A DNA stretch of 64,000 nucleotides from the NCBI GenBank assembly GCA_963665115.1, contig OY762007.1:1632001-1696000 (forward strand). Direction: 5' to 3'. The position numbers were made by a program, and so were the translations under genes. The stretch is from an uncultured Rivularia sp. GTDB taxonomy: Bacteria > Cyanobacteriota > Cyanobacteriia > Cyanobacteriales > Nostocaceae. The notes beneath the pieces were generated by a model, which was not told the origin of the DNA, made no database searches, and worked only from the letters and a program-made list of their open reading frames with translations. Of the stretch, positions 43,929 to 53,401 are shown in pieces (position 1 is the first letter of the stretch; each line of letters opens with the position of its first letter).

Positions 43929-46109
43929 CTACAAATCTAATTCTAATTGTCCTCCTTGATTCAATTCTAATTCTTGTTGAACGTAGGATACTTTGGATTT
44001 AATTTCATCCATTGATAACCACAGTTCTTGTAATACTTTTTCTTCGGGGATGCGTTTCTTTTCGTCGCGAGTTTGCGGGATAACTTTTAGAGCAACTTCA
44101 AATGTTCGCATGAATAAATCGTTGCTGATTAATCCGGTATTTTTCAAAAATCTGCGGATTGGTTCGATGTTTTCTTCTTCTTGATAAAGGGCAATTATGG
44201 CATGAAGTCCGTCTAATAGATGTTGCGCGGAAAAGTCGTTTTCGTTGACGGAGAATGCGCGTTTTTTGAGTCTTTGTTGGGGTGTTAGTAATTTACAGTT
44301 TCCGCTTTTTGATTCAATTAATTTATGCTTTTTGGCTAAGTCGGAAACGTCAAAACCACCGACAGCTAATGCGAGTTGTCGAGCTTCGTCAAAGGGAAAT
44401 TCGCGGGCTTCAAAGGTGTCCCATGCTAATATATACCATTGGGTTAATGCATCGATGCCGTTGAAATCTTTACCCTGTAATAAGTTTTGCAATCGGTATT
44501 CAACTATCGCTTGACGTACTTCTTCAAATGCTGCTTTGGGTGCGATTTGATTTCCAGCGCTGTCGAGAATAGAGGTATATTTGGTAAATACGCTCAAAGC
44601 TGCACCGAAAGCGGTTAAGCATAAATCGATACCGGGGGGCTTGATGCGGTAATTTGGATTTGCTACTTTGTCAGCATCGGGACGAGAATCTTCGGTGAGG
44701 GATTTTTCGATTTCGGGAGCTTTTTCAAAGACGATATTTCTGATATCAATGCGAACGTCATCCCACCAAGCTTGTTCGGCTTCGGGGTTGCGTTTGCGAC
44801 ATACTAAAAGTACGGTGCTGGATACGGCATTTTTTTGAGCTTGGTGCAGATTTTGGGGATTTTCGGTACTCACAGCCCAAGAAGCGGTAATCTCGAAACC
44901 TGCATCGATGAGAGATTTTGCTAAAACATCCCAAGCACCGGAATCTTTGTGGTTAAATTGTACTGTCATTACGCCATCGTCGCGCAAAACTCGGTGGTAT
45001 TCAGCAAAAGCCATTGCCATTTTTGCTTCGTAGTCTTGGTTAGCGAGTTCTTCGGGGGATATTCCCATATTGCGGAAGCGGGAAGGATTGGCGACGGCTT
45101 CGCGGTCTTTGTCGGTGAGTTCGAGGTAGAATAATTCCGGGAAGATATCGCCGAGGGTGCGTTTTAGCCAGACGTAGAAGAAATCTGAAATATCCGCGTA
45201 GGGAATTGTGCCATAGTAAGGTGGGTCAATAACAATTGCGTCTACATATTTATCAGCAATATGAGTTAAATTATCGGCTGATGCAGCATCTATTTTAATT
45301 ATTTTGGGTTGATATTGTTCGATACCAGGTAAACTTTGAGAACTCGATTTTGTTGCAATTAGACTACATACTTTTTTATAAATTGATTTAAAAGCGTTCG
45401 CAGTAGAAAACCATAGTTCTCCTGCACCACTTGTTTCTGGATAATTCCACATTAAGTTCAATGCGTGTTGCGTAGAAGCTCTTCTAGTAGTAGCCGCACT
45501 TGCCTGCCAATGAGATAATCGACAGTTTTTATCAATACATCTGTCAAATATCATGCTTATATAAACTAAAATTGCTTCTGCTTTATCAAAACCATATTCT
45601 GACAGAATCATTTCTTTTGCATCATTATCCTCCTGCAAATCGGGACCAAATTTCAAGGGATATTCCATTGCTGCTTTCATCGTCACCACAGCAACGGGAT
45701 TTAAATCGGAAGCTAATACATTTAACCCATATCTCGCTGCTTCAAAGGGAATACTACCACCACCCGCAAACGCATCTAATACAGTCGGTGTGCGAGTTCC
45801 CCAAGTCTTTTCACAATAATCCTGTACTTTCTTAATCCTTGTGGAACTTGGTGGAGTTTTGTAAAGCTTGACTTCCTTTCCCGGTACCAACCCCAATAAA
45901 TGCTCAAATTCCTGCATCGTCACATCTGCTGGTAACAAAGAAGCCAAAACCGAAGCGCGACTAAACGACAAAGGCTTGCGAGAATACCATCTATGTAAAC
46001 CCTTAAACGGATTTCCCCCATGCTCGTAATATACCTGCTGATTAAGCAATTGTACCGGCATCATTTTCTCGATGAACAGTTGGGGACGTTCGGGGGTTGG
46101 GTTGGACAT
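43929..46109 (-). CDS. DUF1156-domain adenine methyltransferase, probably internally deleted
   Basis: LHRWYSRKPL, VLDAFAGGGSIPFEA, IDPPYY and DFFYVWLKR motifs. Confidence 0.88.
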   Translation of the reverse strand: MSNPTPERPQLFIEKMMPVQLLNQQVYYEHGGNPFKGLHRWYSRKPLSFSRASVLASLLPADVTMQEFEHLLGLVPGKEVKLYKTPPSSTRIKKVQDYCEKTWGTRTPTVLDAFAGGGSIPFEAARYGLNVLASDLNPVAVVTMKAAMEYPLKFGPDLQEDNDAKEMILSEYGFDKAEAILVYISMIFDRCIDKNCRLSHWQASAATTRRASTQHALNLMWNYPETSGAGELWFSTANAFKSIYKKVCSLIATKSSSQSLPGIEQYQPKIIKIDAASADNLTHIADKYVDAIVIDPPYYGTIPYADISDFFYVWLKRTLGDIFPELFYLELTDKDREAVANPSRFRNMGISPEELANQDYEAKMAMAFAEYHRVLRDDGVMTVQFNHKDSGAWDVLAKSLIDAGFEITASWAVSTENPQNLHQAQKNAVSSTVLLVCRKRNPEAEQAWWDDVRIDIRNIVFEKAPEIEKSLTEDSRPDADKVANPNYRIKPPGIDLCLTAFGAALSVFTKYTSILDSAGNQIAPKAAFEEVRQAIVEYRLQNLLQGKDFNGIDALTQWYILAWDTFEAREFPFDEARQLALAVGGFDVSDLAKKHKLIESKSGNCKLLTPQQRLKKRAFSVNENDFSAQHLLDGLHAIIALYQEEENIEPIRRFLKNTGLISNDLFMRTFEVALKVIPQTRDEKKRIPEEKVLQELWLSMDEIKSKVSYVQQELELNQGGQLELDL

Positions 46110-46221
46110 GGGTGCGGGAGATTGGTAATTTTTAGATCATGTATATTGTAGTGCTTACCACGCAAACCGAAACTTATAAAAATATGCAGTCTTTTATAAT
46201 AAACTAAAACAAGGATTAATC

Positions 46222-46833
46222 ATGGCTCAATCATTAACCAAATTAATTACAGTGCAAGAATTTCTGGAAACTAAACCAGAAAAGGGACGCGATGAATTGC
46301 ATAATGGAGCAATAGTTGAAATGGCACAGCCCATAGGGGAACATGAAGAGGTAACAGGCTTTTTAACTATTGAAGCTTCTGCCGAAATCAAGCGCTTGCA
46401 ATTACCGTATTCAATTCCTAAAACAGCACTAGTGCGATCGGTTAGTAACGAATCAGCGTATTCTCCAGACTTGTTAGTACTGAATAAACCGGCTTTAAAA
46501 TCCGAAGAATTATGGACAAAATATTCTACAGTACAGTTAGGTGCTTCAATCCCTTTAATAATTGAAGTTGTTTCTACAAACTGGCGCGATGATTATTATA
46601 GAAAGCTAGGTGAATATGAGGAGATTGGTATACCTGAATATTGGATCGTAGACTATTTAGGATTAGGTGGAACCAAATTTATCGGTAAACCAAAACAACC
46701 AACTGTGTCTATTTATAATTTAATTAATGATGAATATCAAATTGCTCTATTCCGAGGAAATGACCGGATTGTCTCTTCCACTTTCCCGGAGCTAAATCTC
46801 ACCGCACAACAGATTTTTGATGCCGGAAATTAA
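46222..46833 (+). CDS. Uma2-family endonuclease
   Basis: ELHNG, YSPD, IEVVSTNW and IPEYWIVD motifs. Confidence 0.9.
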   Translation: MAQSLTKLITVQEFLETKPEKGRDELHNGAIVEMAQPIGEHEEVTGFLTIEASAEIKRLQLPYSIPKTALVRSVSNESAYSPDLLVLNKPALKSEELWTKYSTVQLGASIPLIIEVVSTNWRDDYYRKLGEYEEIGIPEYWIVDYLGLGGTKFIGKPKQPTVSIYNLINDEYQIALFRGNDRIVSSTFPELNLTAQQIFDAGN

Positions 46834-46843
46834 CAATTACCAA

Positions 46844-46864
46844 TCCCCAATCCCCAATTACCAA
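46844..46864. repeat. STRR-type heptamer repeats
   Basis: caattaccaatccccaatccccaattacc; similar tracts near 47378, 57730, 63418 and 63540. Confidence 0.6.
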
Positions 46865-46867
46865 AAA

Positions 46868-47296
46868 TCAATCTCCTAACAATACCCGAATTGCTTTTAA
46901 AGCAGTCCGTTTTTTACCGTTACTAACTTTTGCAAACCAATAATGAGATTCTTCGTTACTCATTTCTTTAATTCCAGTAGCAATATTAGCTATTCTTTCT
47001 GGTTTAGAAAGCGGTTGTAATGTTTGAATCAGTAAAGCCAGATTTATTCCCGTTTCTTCACTAACTATATAAGGTGTTTTACGAGTATTATTTAAGGTTT
47101 TGGGGTCGTAATTATTCGCTTTTAAACAATCGTATATCGCTTGCTTTGCCATAATTAAAGCATTACCTTTTAAACGTCCAATCCGTTTCGCAGAAGGACG
47201 TTTTTTTTCACCAGCTTTTTTATAAGCACACTGGTATAATTCCAAGGCAAAATTATTGTTATCTATGGGAACTACACGTAATTGGAATTCTTGCAT
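46868..47296 (-). CDS. DUF3780-like small subunit of the DUF499 system
   Basis: Start at MQEFQ; MSNEESHYWFAK..ALKAIRVLL; lies between the DUF499 and DUF1156 genes. Confidence 0.65.
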   Translation of the reverse strand: MQEFQLRVVPIDNNNFALELYQCAYKKAGEKKRPSAKRIGRLKGNALIMAKQAIYDCLKANNYDPKTLNNTRKTPYIVSEETGINLALLIQTLQPLSKPERIANIATGIKEMSNEESHYWFAKVSNGKKRTALKAIRVLLGD

Positions 47297-47499
47297 TTTT
47301 GAGGAATTGGGAATTTGTAATTGGTGAACCAGTGTGGTCTTGGGGGTCTCCCCCATGAACAACTGGTGAACCCGAAGGGTAATGGGTAATGGGTAATTAA
47401 ACATTGCTGGTGTAGAGACGTTATATATAACGTCTCCCAAAGTTTACCGAAAAAACCAACCAGTGAAAATAAATTTAATTAACTACTAAATGATTACAA

Positions 47500-50400
47500 T
47501 TAATAAGTTACCTTCACTGCTAAATTTAACCTGTCAACCGGATTACGATTAAGGGCACCTTTGATAATACTAATTTCTGAGCCTTCTGGTTGCACTGCAC
47601 AGGAAAATTTAATTTCCAGCTTCAACATGACATCGGCTTGAGCATCTTGATTATTCAACAATGCGTTTATCGCTGCTTGGAAGCTTTGAAACCCTTTTAC
47701 CGCTCCTTGGTATTCTAATCTGACAAACTGTTCCCCGGCGCGAATGGTTGCCAATTGATCGATTTCTATGGGAAGCTTCATTAATAATGGTAAAGCCGTC
47801 ATCAATTTACGGTAGTCCATTACTTGATCTACGGATATGGCGATAAATTCGATACCAGTAATTTTGTCATCGTGAATGCGATCGACTAATTGATTAAATA
47901 CAACATTTGGGGTTCCTTCTAAATTAAATTCTGCTGGTTTTGCTTTAAATAAATCAAGATTATCCCATGAATCACTACCGTTTTCGTTACTGGTAGGATT
48001 TGGCTGAATATTATTTCCGTATATGGTTATTTGATTTTCTTTTTCGACTATTTCACCATTACCGTAGTCGGCAACTATTTTAAAGTTTGTGGTTTTATCA
48101 ACTTGAGCTTCGTATTCATCGCTGGGACGAAATTCTCCTGCTATCAATTCCCCATCTTGATAAAGTGCAATTTTCAAAGCTCCCGATGCTTTCCACCTTA
48201 CTTTTACAGGTTTAATTGAATCTGTACTATTCATTAACTGAGTAGAAAGTTGAATTTCTCGGGGTTTGGGTAATTCTAAAATTCCCCGACGATAAAGCAC
48301 CATCCTTTCAGAAAATTCAATGGTGTCGGGTAAATTCAAGTTCCCATCCGGGGTTTTTATAAACATCTTTTCTCCCACCTTCATATCCCAACTACCATTT
48401 TGCAAACCAGTACGGATGGTATCTCGCAATTTAGAAACTTCTGCATCAAGCAGGATATTTAAACCCAAATTTTTGGCGAATTCTTCTCGTAAAGCTTTGG
48501 TTGTCCAATGTTGTAATCCCGCTAACCAAACTTTCTGTAATATATAAGCTGGTGCATAAGGTGAAGCATTTTCCGAACGAATTTTCTGACAATCTTTAAG
48601 AGCTTTTAAAATCGCATCCTGCTGATTATTTTTACCTTTAACATCGCTAGCATCTTGCGCTGGTAAAGTATAGTGCATTAACCCTTTTGGTGCTTTTACT
48701 TGGTCGTTAGCAGCATAAAATAAATGACGATAAGCATTAGTTAAAGATATTCTCACCTTTAAATCAAATTCCCCTTTCTTTTGTCTTAATTGCTTCTGCT
48801 GACTTTCTGACAAATCTTGTAATCTATTAGCTGAATTGAGAATATTTAATATCGCCAAATATTCCCTCGCATTATTAATTGCTATATCTAATTGACTCTT
48901 ATTAGCAGTTAAAAATAACAAGCGATTTCTATAAGTGCGAAACTTTCCAGATTCTCCAGTTTCACCAAATATTTTTTCTACAAGTAGCGGCGCACCTTCA
49001 GTTGTAGCAGAAACTGTTGCTTCGTTAAAATCAATGATACATAACGCAATATTATCGGCAACATCATCTACATCTCCCGGTGATTCTGGTGCAGAAACTA
49101 ATTTAAATAACCTTTCTGCAAAAATAGTATCTCGACGTTTTCTTAACTCATCTTTAGCTTCAGTTTTACCAATTTGCTGCTTTTCTTCCGAAATAATCTT
49201 ATTAATTGATGGTTCTTCTTTAAACCTAGCAATAGAAGTAATACTGTCATTTTCTAAATACCAAGCAACAGTACTCAATCTTTCCAAAGCAGTATCAACA
49301 AAACTAGTTCCTAACCCCGGAGTTAATAATGATAAATTTAATTCAGTACGTCTAATGCCCGCAACCACACCTTGATTAATCGAATGCAAAAAAATGGTTC
49401 TTGCTACCCAAGAAGAAAAAGCAGGTTTACCAGCAGCTTTCCATTCACCATCTTGGATTTGAGCGTGTGCTTCTCTCCCATCTGCATTATATATGTCAGC
49501 GGATATCGCCAAACGTAACAAAGGACGTTCTAAACGTGAAGTTAATTCGCTGGTAATTTCTTCTTCTATTCCAATAGGAATATGATGGGGATGAATTAAA
49601 GGTATCCAATTATTTGTTTTATTTCCCGAATTTGAACTATTCCACAAATAACGAATAACCCTCGCAAATAATCGTAAAGCACCCCGAGTACGTTGGAAAT
49701 TTTGAATAGAAGCGATTTTTTTATTAAGTAAACTAAAAAGTTCGGGATGGAAGGGATAACTTGCTTCTATAGTGTCAGCGTAACGGGAATCTTTACAACC
49801 ATCGGGTAAACTAACGCTGCTAGCTTTATAACTTTGCAAATATTCCTTTGCTGCATTTTTACCTGCTTCGGTGTCAATACTAGCAAATAAACGCTGTTTC
49901 ACAATATTATAAATTTCCACATCAGTACTAGGTTTTAGAACCCTTTCCTGTCGTGCTGAAGCTGAAATCGCTTCTTTTATTTCCGTAGTTTCTTCCCCGA
50001 AGCTATCACCAGAATCAGCCAAAGTATAAACAAAAATTAAATTATTGCTAGAAGCTGCTAAATCCATCAAAGAAAATAAAAAAGCAACTACCTGCTGTGC
50101 TAAATCGCTTTTACCAACTCCTACCGCTTTACTAACTCGTAAATGTTGAGCAATTTCATCTAAAATTATTACAGTCGGTTGTCCTTGAATAATTCTTTCT
50201 AAAACAGCAGTACCGGGGCTAACTCGCTGCTCGTCGGAACCCTTGAGCAAACTATAACCATCAATCCCCCCGATTTGGTAAGCAATTTCACCCCAAATCG
50301 TGTACGTCGTAATACCTGTATCTGCGTGCAAAACTCCTTCCACCGGAGTCAAATCTTGACAGGCGATCGCCGCTACCTGAATAGGGGGACGTTGTGGTAT

Positions 50401-50751
50401 TACATTTAAGTCAGCAAAACGTTCTAAACCGGGAATTTCTCTACCATTTTTAGCAATATGCCATAAAGCAATTTCATCGTGAGTTTTACCACCACCAAAA
50501 CTAGTTTCCAAACGGATAATCGGAGAACCCACTTTCTCACCAACCAAACGTCCGAATACTTCCGAAATCAAAGTTTTTAATCCCTCAGTAGCAAAAGTAT
50601 TACTAAAGAAAGTTGTAGAATCTTGGTAGACATGGGGAGCTTTACCTTCAGTAACTAACTTTAACTTCGCTGCAAATAAATCTAGTGAAAGTTCTCCGGC
50701 TAATATTTCCGCTCTAGGAACGCAGGTTTTAAATATAGAAGGTAGCTGCAT
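47500..50751 (-). CDS. DUF499 AAA+ ATPase
   Basis: CVPRAEIL, LETSFGGGKTH, TIWGEIAYQ, IILDEI, SYPFHPEL and FQRTRGALRL motifs. Confidence 0.92.
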   Translation of the reverse strand: MQLPSIFKTCVPRAEILAGELSLDLFAAKLKLVTEGKAPHVYQDSTTFFSNTFATEGLKTLISEVFGRLVGEKVGSPIIRLETSFGGGKTHDEIALWHIAKNGREIPGLERFADLNVIPQRPPIQVAAIACQDLTPVEGVLHADTGITTYTIWGEIAYQIGGIDGYSLLKGSDEQRVSPGTAVLERIIQGQPTVIILDEIAQHLRVSKAVGVGKSDLAQQVVAFLFSLMDLAASSNNLIFVYTLADSGDSFGEETTEIKEAISASARQERVLKPSTDVEIYNIVKQRLFASIDTEAGKNAAKEYLQSYKASSVSLPDGCKDSRYADTIEASYPFHPELFSLLNKKIASIQNFQRTRGALRLFARVIRYLWNSSNSGNKTNNWIPLIHPHHIPIGIEEEITSELTSRLERPLLRLAISADIYNADGREAHAQIQDGEWKAAGKPAFSSWVARTIFLHSINQGVVAGIRRTELNLSLLTPGLGTSFVDTALERLSTVAWYLENDSITSIARFKEEPSINKIISEEKQQIGKTEAKDELRKRRDTIFAERLFKLVSAPESPGDVDDVADNIALCIIDFNEATVSATTEGAPLLVEKIFGETGESGKFRTYRNRLLFLTANKSQLDIAINNAREYLAILNILNSANRLQDLSESQQKQLRQKKGEFDLKVRISLTNAYRHLFYAANDQVKAPKGLMHYTLPAQDASDVKGKNNQQDAILKALKDCQKIRSENASPYAPAYILQKVWLAGLQHWTTKALREEFAKNLGLNILLDAEVSKLRDTIRTGLQNGSWDMKVGEKMFIKTPDGNLNLPDTIEFSERMVLYRRGILELPKPREIQLSTQLMNSTDSIKPVKVRWKASGALKIALYQDGELIAGEFRPSDEYEAQVDKTTNFKIVADYGNGEIVEKENQITIYGNNIQPNPTSNENGSDSWDNLDLFKAKPAEFNLEGTPNVVFNQLVDRIHDDKITGIEFIAISVDQVMDYRKLMTALPLLMKLPIEIDQLATIRAGEQFVRLEYQGAVKGFQSFQAAINALLNNQDAQADVMLKLEIKFSCAVQPEGSEISIIKGALNRNPVDRLNLAVKVTY

Positions 50752-51143
50752 AATAGATTGTTTAGTTTTTTCTTTTTTAGTTTTTAATTATACGCCTTGT
50801 ATAAGCGTAATTATGTAATATGCCGTTCAAAATTACCGTTTTATGCAGTTCATTCTATTCTAAGACAGTACCACGATGCATCATAGCTATCCCTCACTCG
50901 ACAATATATGATGTGTGGCAACGAAAATATTATGCGATTATTCAATTACTAGCAGATACGTATAGCTACATTAACGAGGTAAAACTTAAAATCTTCCGGT
51001 TAAATAATACGGGAACTTGCGACAGAACTTAATTGTAGGTTCTTTCTTTTACCCAATAACAAATTGTATTTGGTTGAAAAGAAATTAATGCTTATAAACA
51101 AGTATCGATTTCAACAAGCAACTATAATGATTGGGGAAAAATA

Positions 51144-51389
51144 ATGATTCAAGTAATTGATTCAGATCGGATATTCGTTTCAAACTTAAAACAATTCATC
51201 AGTAAAGCTGACAAATTTATCAAAACATATTACTCAGGTGTCAGCGATGAAAATCAAGTTCAAGAAATAGTGCAAGAATTGAAAAATTTAGTATTGGATA
51301 CAGATTTGAAACAATTGGAAATTGATTACCAGAACTATTGTGAAATTAAAGACTTGATGGGAGATTGCGATGAATCGGCTTGGTTTTGA
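51144..51389 (+). CDS. Hypothetical protein
   Basis: 81-aa ORF with upstream ggggaa RBS. Confidence 0.5.
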   Translation: MIQVIDSDRIFVSNLKQFISKADKFIKTYYSGVSDENQVQEIVQELKNLVLDTDLKQLEIDYQNYCEIKDLMGDCDESAWF

Positions 51390-51706
51390 CTGGATGTGAA
51401 AGGTTGATTTATTCTTCTACTGCACCTAATGCTTTGAGTGTGGAGATTTCGGCTTCGGTTAACCCTTTGACACCTGTGATGTTCATGCGTTCGTAAGGGC
51501 GATCGCTTTTTAGGGTTTTGAGACATTTGCCGGTTTAAGTATTGCTAGTATCAAGAGCTACGTCAATTAGTAATGTCCAGTGTAGCATCTCCTAATACTT
51601 AATTAAAATTAAGGATTTTTACTGAAAAGCAGCAAAACAAGATGTAGGTATTATTAACGACAGTATATGCCGAATGCTGTTTAAGATACCTAGATTCAAA
51701 TTAAAT

Positions 51707-52432
51707 ATGCAAAATAGTTTTTTTCAAGCAGCGAAGAGGTTTTTTAACCCAGAAACCTTAATTCCCTTTTTGATCGGGTCAATTGTTTTGTCCTTACTGG
51801 GTAACGCTATTAGTGACATATTAAAAGCAATTGTTGGCGATACTTTACAAGACGCAGTTAAAATTGCGATCGGCTCAGTATTAATTTTTATATTTTGTGT
51901 TTGGTTAGTAGCGAAATCATTAACGACAAATTTAGCACCGATAGATTTGGGTAAATCTTCTCCTCGCAAACATAAGGGGTTGATATTATTAGTCAGTCGA
52001 GAAGAACCCTGTCGCACAGCAATAGAACATCATCTACCCGAACTAAAATATTGCTGGTTGATTTGTTCTTCCCAAACTATCAACGTTGCGAAAAAACTAC
52101 AGCAAGACTTTCCTAAATTGATAATTCCCGAACCATTAGTAATCAAAGATGTGTATGACCCGGTAGAATTTTCTCAAGTGGTTATGAATGTTTACGATTG
52201 TCTTCCTAGCCGTTGGACAAAAGATGATATTATCGCTGACTTCACGGGAATGACTGCTCAGGGTAGTGTGGGGATGACAATTGCATCTTTATTAATGCGA
52301 CAATCAAAGTTGCAGTATACTCCAGCAGAATCAAGAGATGGTAAACCTACTGGAAATTCTTTAAATCCGATTGAAATTGCGTTAACGGAAAGAAGATTGG
52401 CACGGAGCAAGAAATTGAAAGAAGTTTATTGA
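51707..52432 (+). CDS. TM-CARF effector (Cam1-like)
   Basis: Two N-terminal TM helices; CARF-like GLILLVS, CWLICS and IIADFTGMTAQGSVGM motifs. Confidence 0.75.
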   Translation: MQNSFFQAAKRFFNPETLIPFLIGSIVLSLLGNAISDILKAIVGDTLQDAVKIAIGSVLIFIFCVWLVAKSLTTNLAPIDLGKSSPRKHKGLILLVSREEPCRTAIEHHLPELKYCWLICSSQTINVAKKLQQDFPKLIIPEPLVIKDVYDPVEFSQVVMNVYDCLPSRWTKDDIIADFTGMTAQGSVGMTIASLLMRQSKLQYTPAESRDGKPTGNSLNPIEIALTERRLARSKKLKEVY

Positions 52433-52485
52433 ATTGATCTAATATCTTCGCAATACAATTCGTCTTAGTGTATTAACAGGTATTG

Positions 52486-53037
52486 TTAGTTGAATAACCT
52501 TTTTACCGAAACCTTTATTTCTTCAAACGCAATTGGATTTATCTCACCCGATGTAAGAGTTGTTTCTTCAATGTAATTTCCGTTAACCGGGTTGCGAAAA
52601 ACTTTAACGAGGCGATTTTTTAAATCCACAACCCAATATTCTTTAATTCCTGCTCGGGCATAAGCTTTCCGTTTCGTGTCTAAATCTTTACTCAAACTAG
52701 TATTCGCATATTCAATAACCCAGAAAATATTTTCTGGATATGGATGACGAGTTCGGTAAAGTTGTCGATTTGGTTGAACAATTGCTAAATCTGGTTCTGG
52801 TTCGGAATTTGTCTCTGGTATTGTTATGGGCTTTGCGTCACGTATAAGTGCTTTTTCTCCGAGTAGAGAACGTAAATAGTCCGCAGCATCCGTACTAGAC
52901 TGCGCGTGTTCTGGCCCTTCTGGAGGCATTTCTACGATTTCTCCATTTAATAATTCAACCTGACGACCATAAATAAGACCAACTTCAATCATTCGGTGAT
53001 AGTCATCAAGCGACCATTTGGCAGTAGTGACGGTCAT
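52486..53037 (-). CDS. Uma2-family endonuclease
   Basis: VELLNGEI, SEPEPD, IEYANTSL and GIKEYWVVD motifs. Confidence 0.9.
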   Translation of the reverse strand: MTVTTAKWSLDDYHRMIEVGLIYGRQVELLNGEIVEMPPEGPEHAQSSTDAADYLRSLLGEKALIRDAKPITIPETNSEPEPDLAIVQPNRQLYRTRHPYPENIFWVIEYANTSLSKDLDTKRKAYARAGIKEYWVVDLKNRLVKVFRNPVNGNYIEETTLTSGEINPIAFEEIKVSVKRLFN

Positions 53038-53168
53038 CTTTAAATATTGTACAAATCGGATGGGACATTTATATTATATTTTAGGGGTCGGAGATAGTTT
53101 TTTAAACAAAAGCCCGGTAAAAACTAGACACAAAGAAGCAAACGTTTTAATATTTGATTATCAGCTTG

Positions 53169-53326
53169 ATAGTTGAAAACGCTACTTGTACATCTAAAAC
53201 CTGATTGGTTTGAGTTCTTCCGCCGACTGGATTAAGTCGGATTAGTTGGAAACGTATTACTTTTTTAATCTGAGATTAATTTCTAAAATCTTCCACTGAC
53301 TGGATTAAATAGAATAATGAAAAAAC
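53169..53326 (+). CRISPR. Minimal CRISPR array: one intact 37-nt repeat, two degenerate repeats, two 36-nt spacers
   Basis: Repeat CTTCCGCCGACTGGATTAAGTCGGATTAGTTGGAAAC at 53217-53253; degenerate copy at 53290-53326; 3' remnant atagttgaaaac ending 53180; spacers 53181-53216 and 53254-53289. Confidence 0.8.
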
Positions 53327-53356
53327 CCTCTAAATCTCAAATTAGAAGGTTTTTTT
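53320..53356. terminator. Bidirectional intrinsic terminator between the array and the CARF-RelE gene
   Basis: aaaaaaccctctaaat..attagaaggttttttt hairpin flanked by A and T runs. Confidence 0.6.
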
Positions 53357-53401
53357 GTTTTAGTTATAAGTTGGAATCGCAAATCCATTTTGAAAGCAAA
53401 A

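Noticed and set aside
47297..47440. N-terminal extension of the 190-aa ORF
   Set aside because: Made of STRR and palindromic repeats; the real start is probably ATG 47296
53190..53216. Spacer 1 resembles the tnpB remnant at about 2651-2674 (shared acatctaaaac)
   Set aside because: Only 11 contiguous identities, then two gaps are needed; compatible with chance in AT-rich DNA
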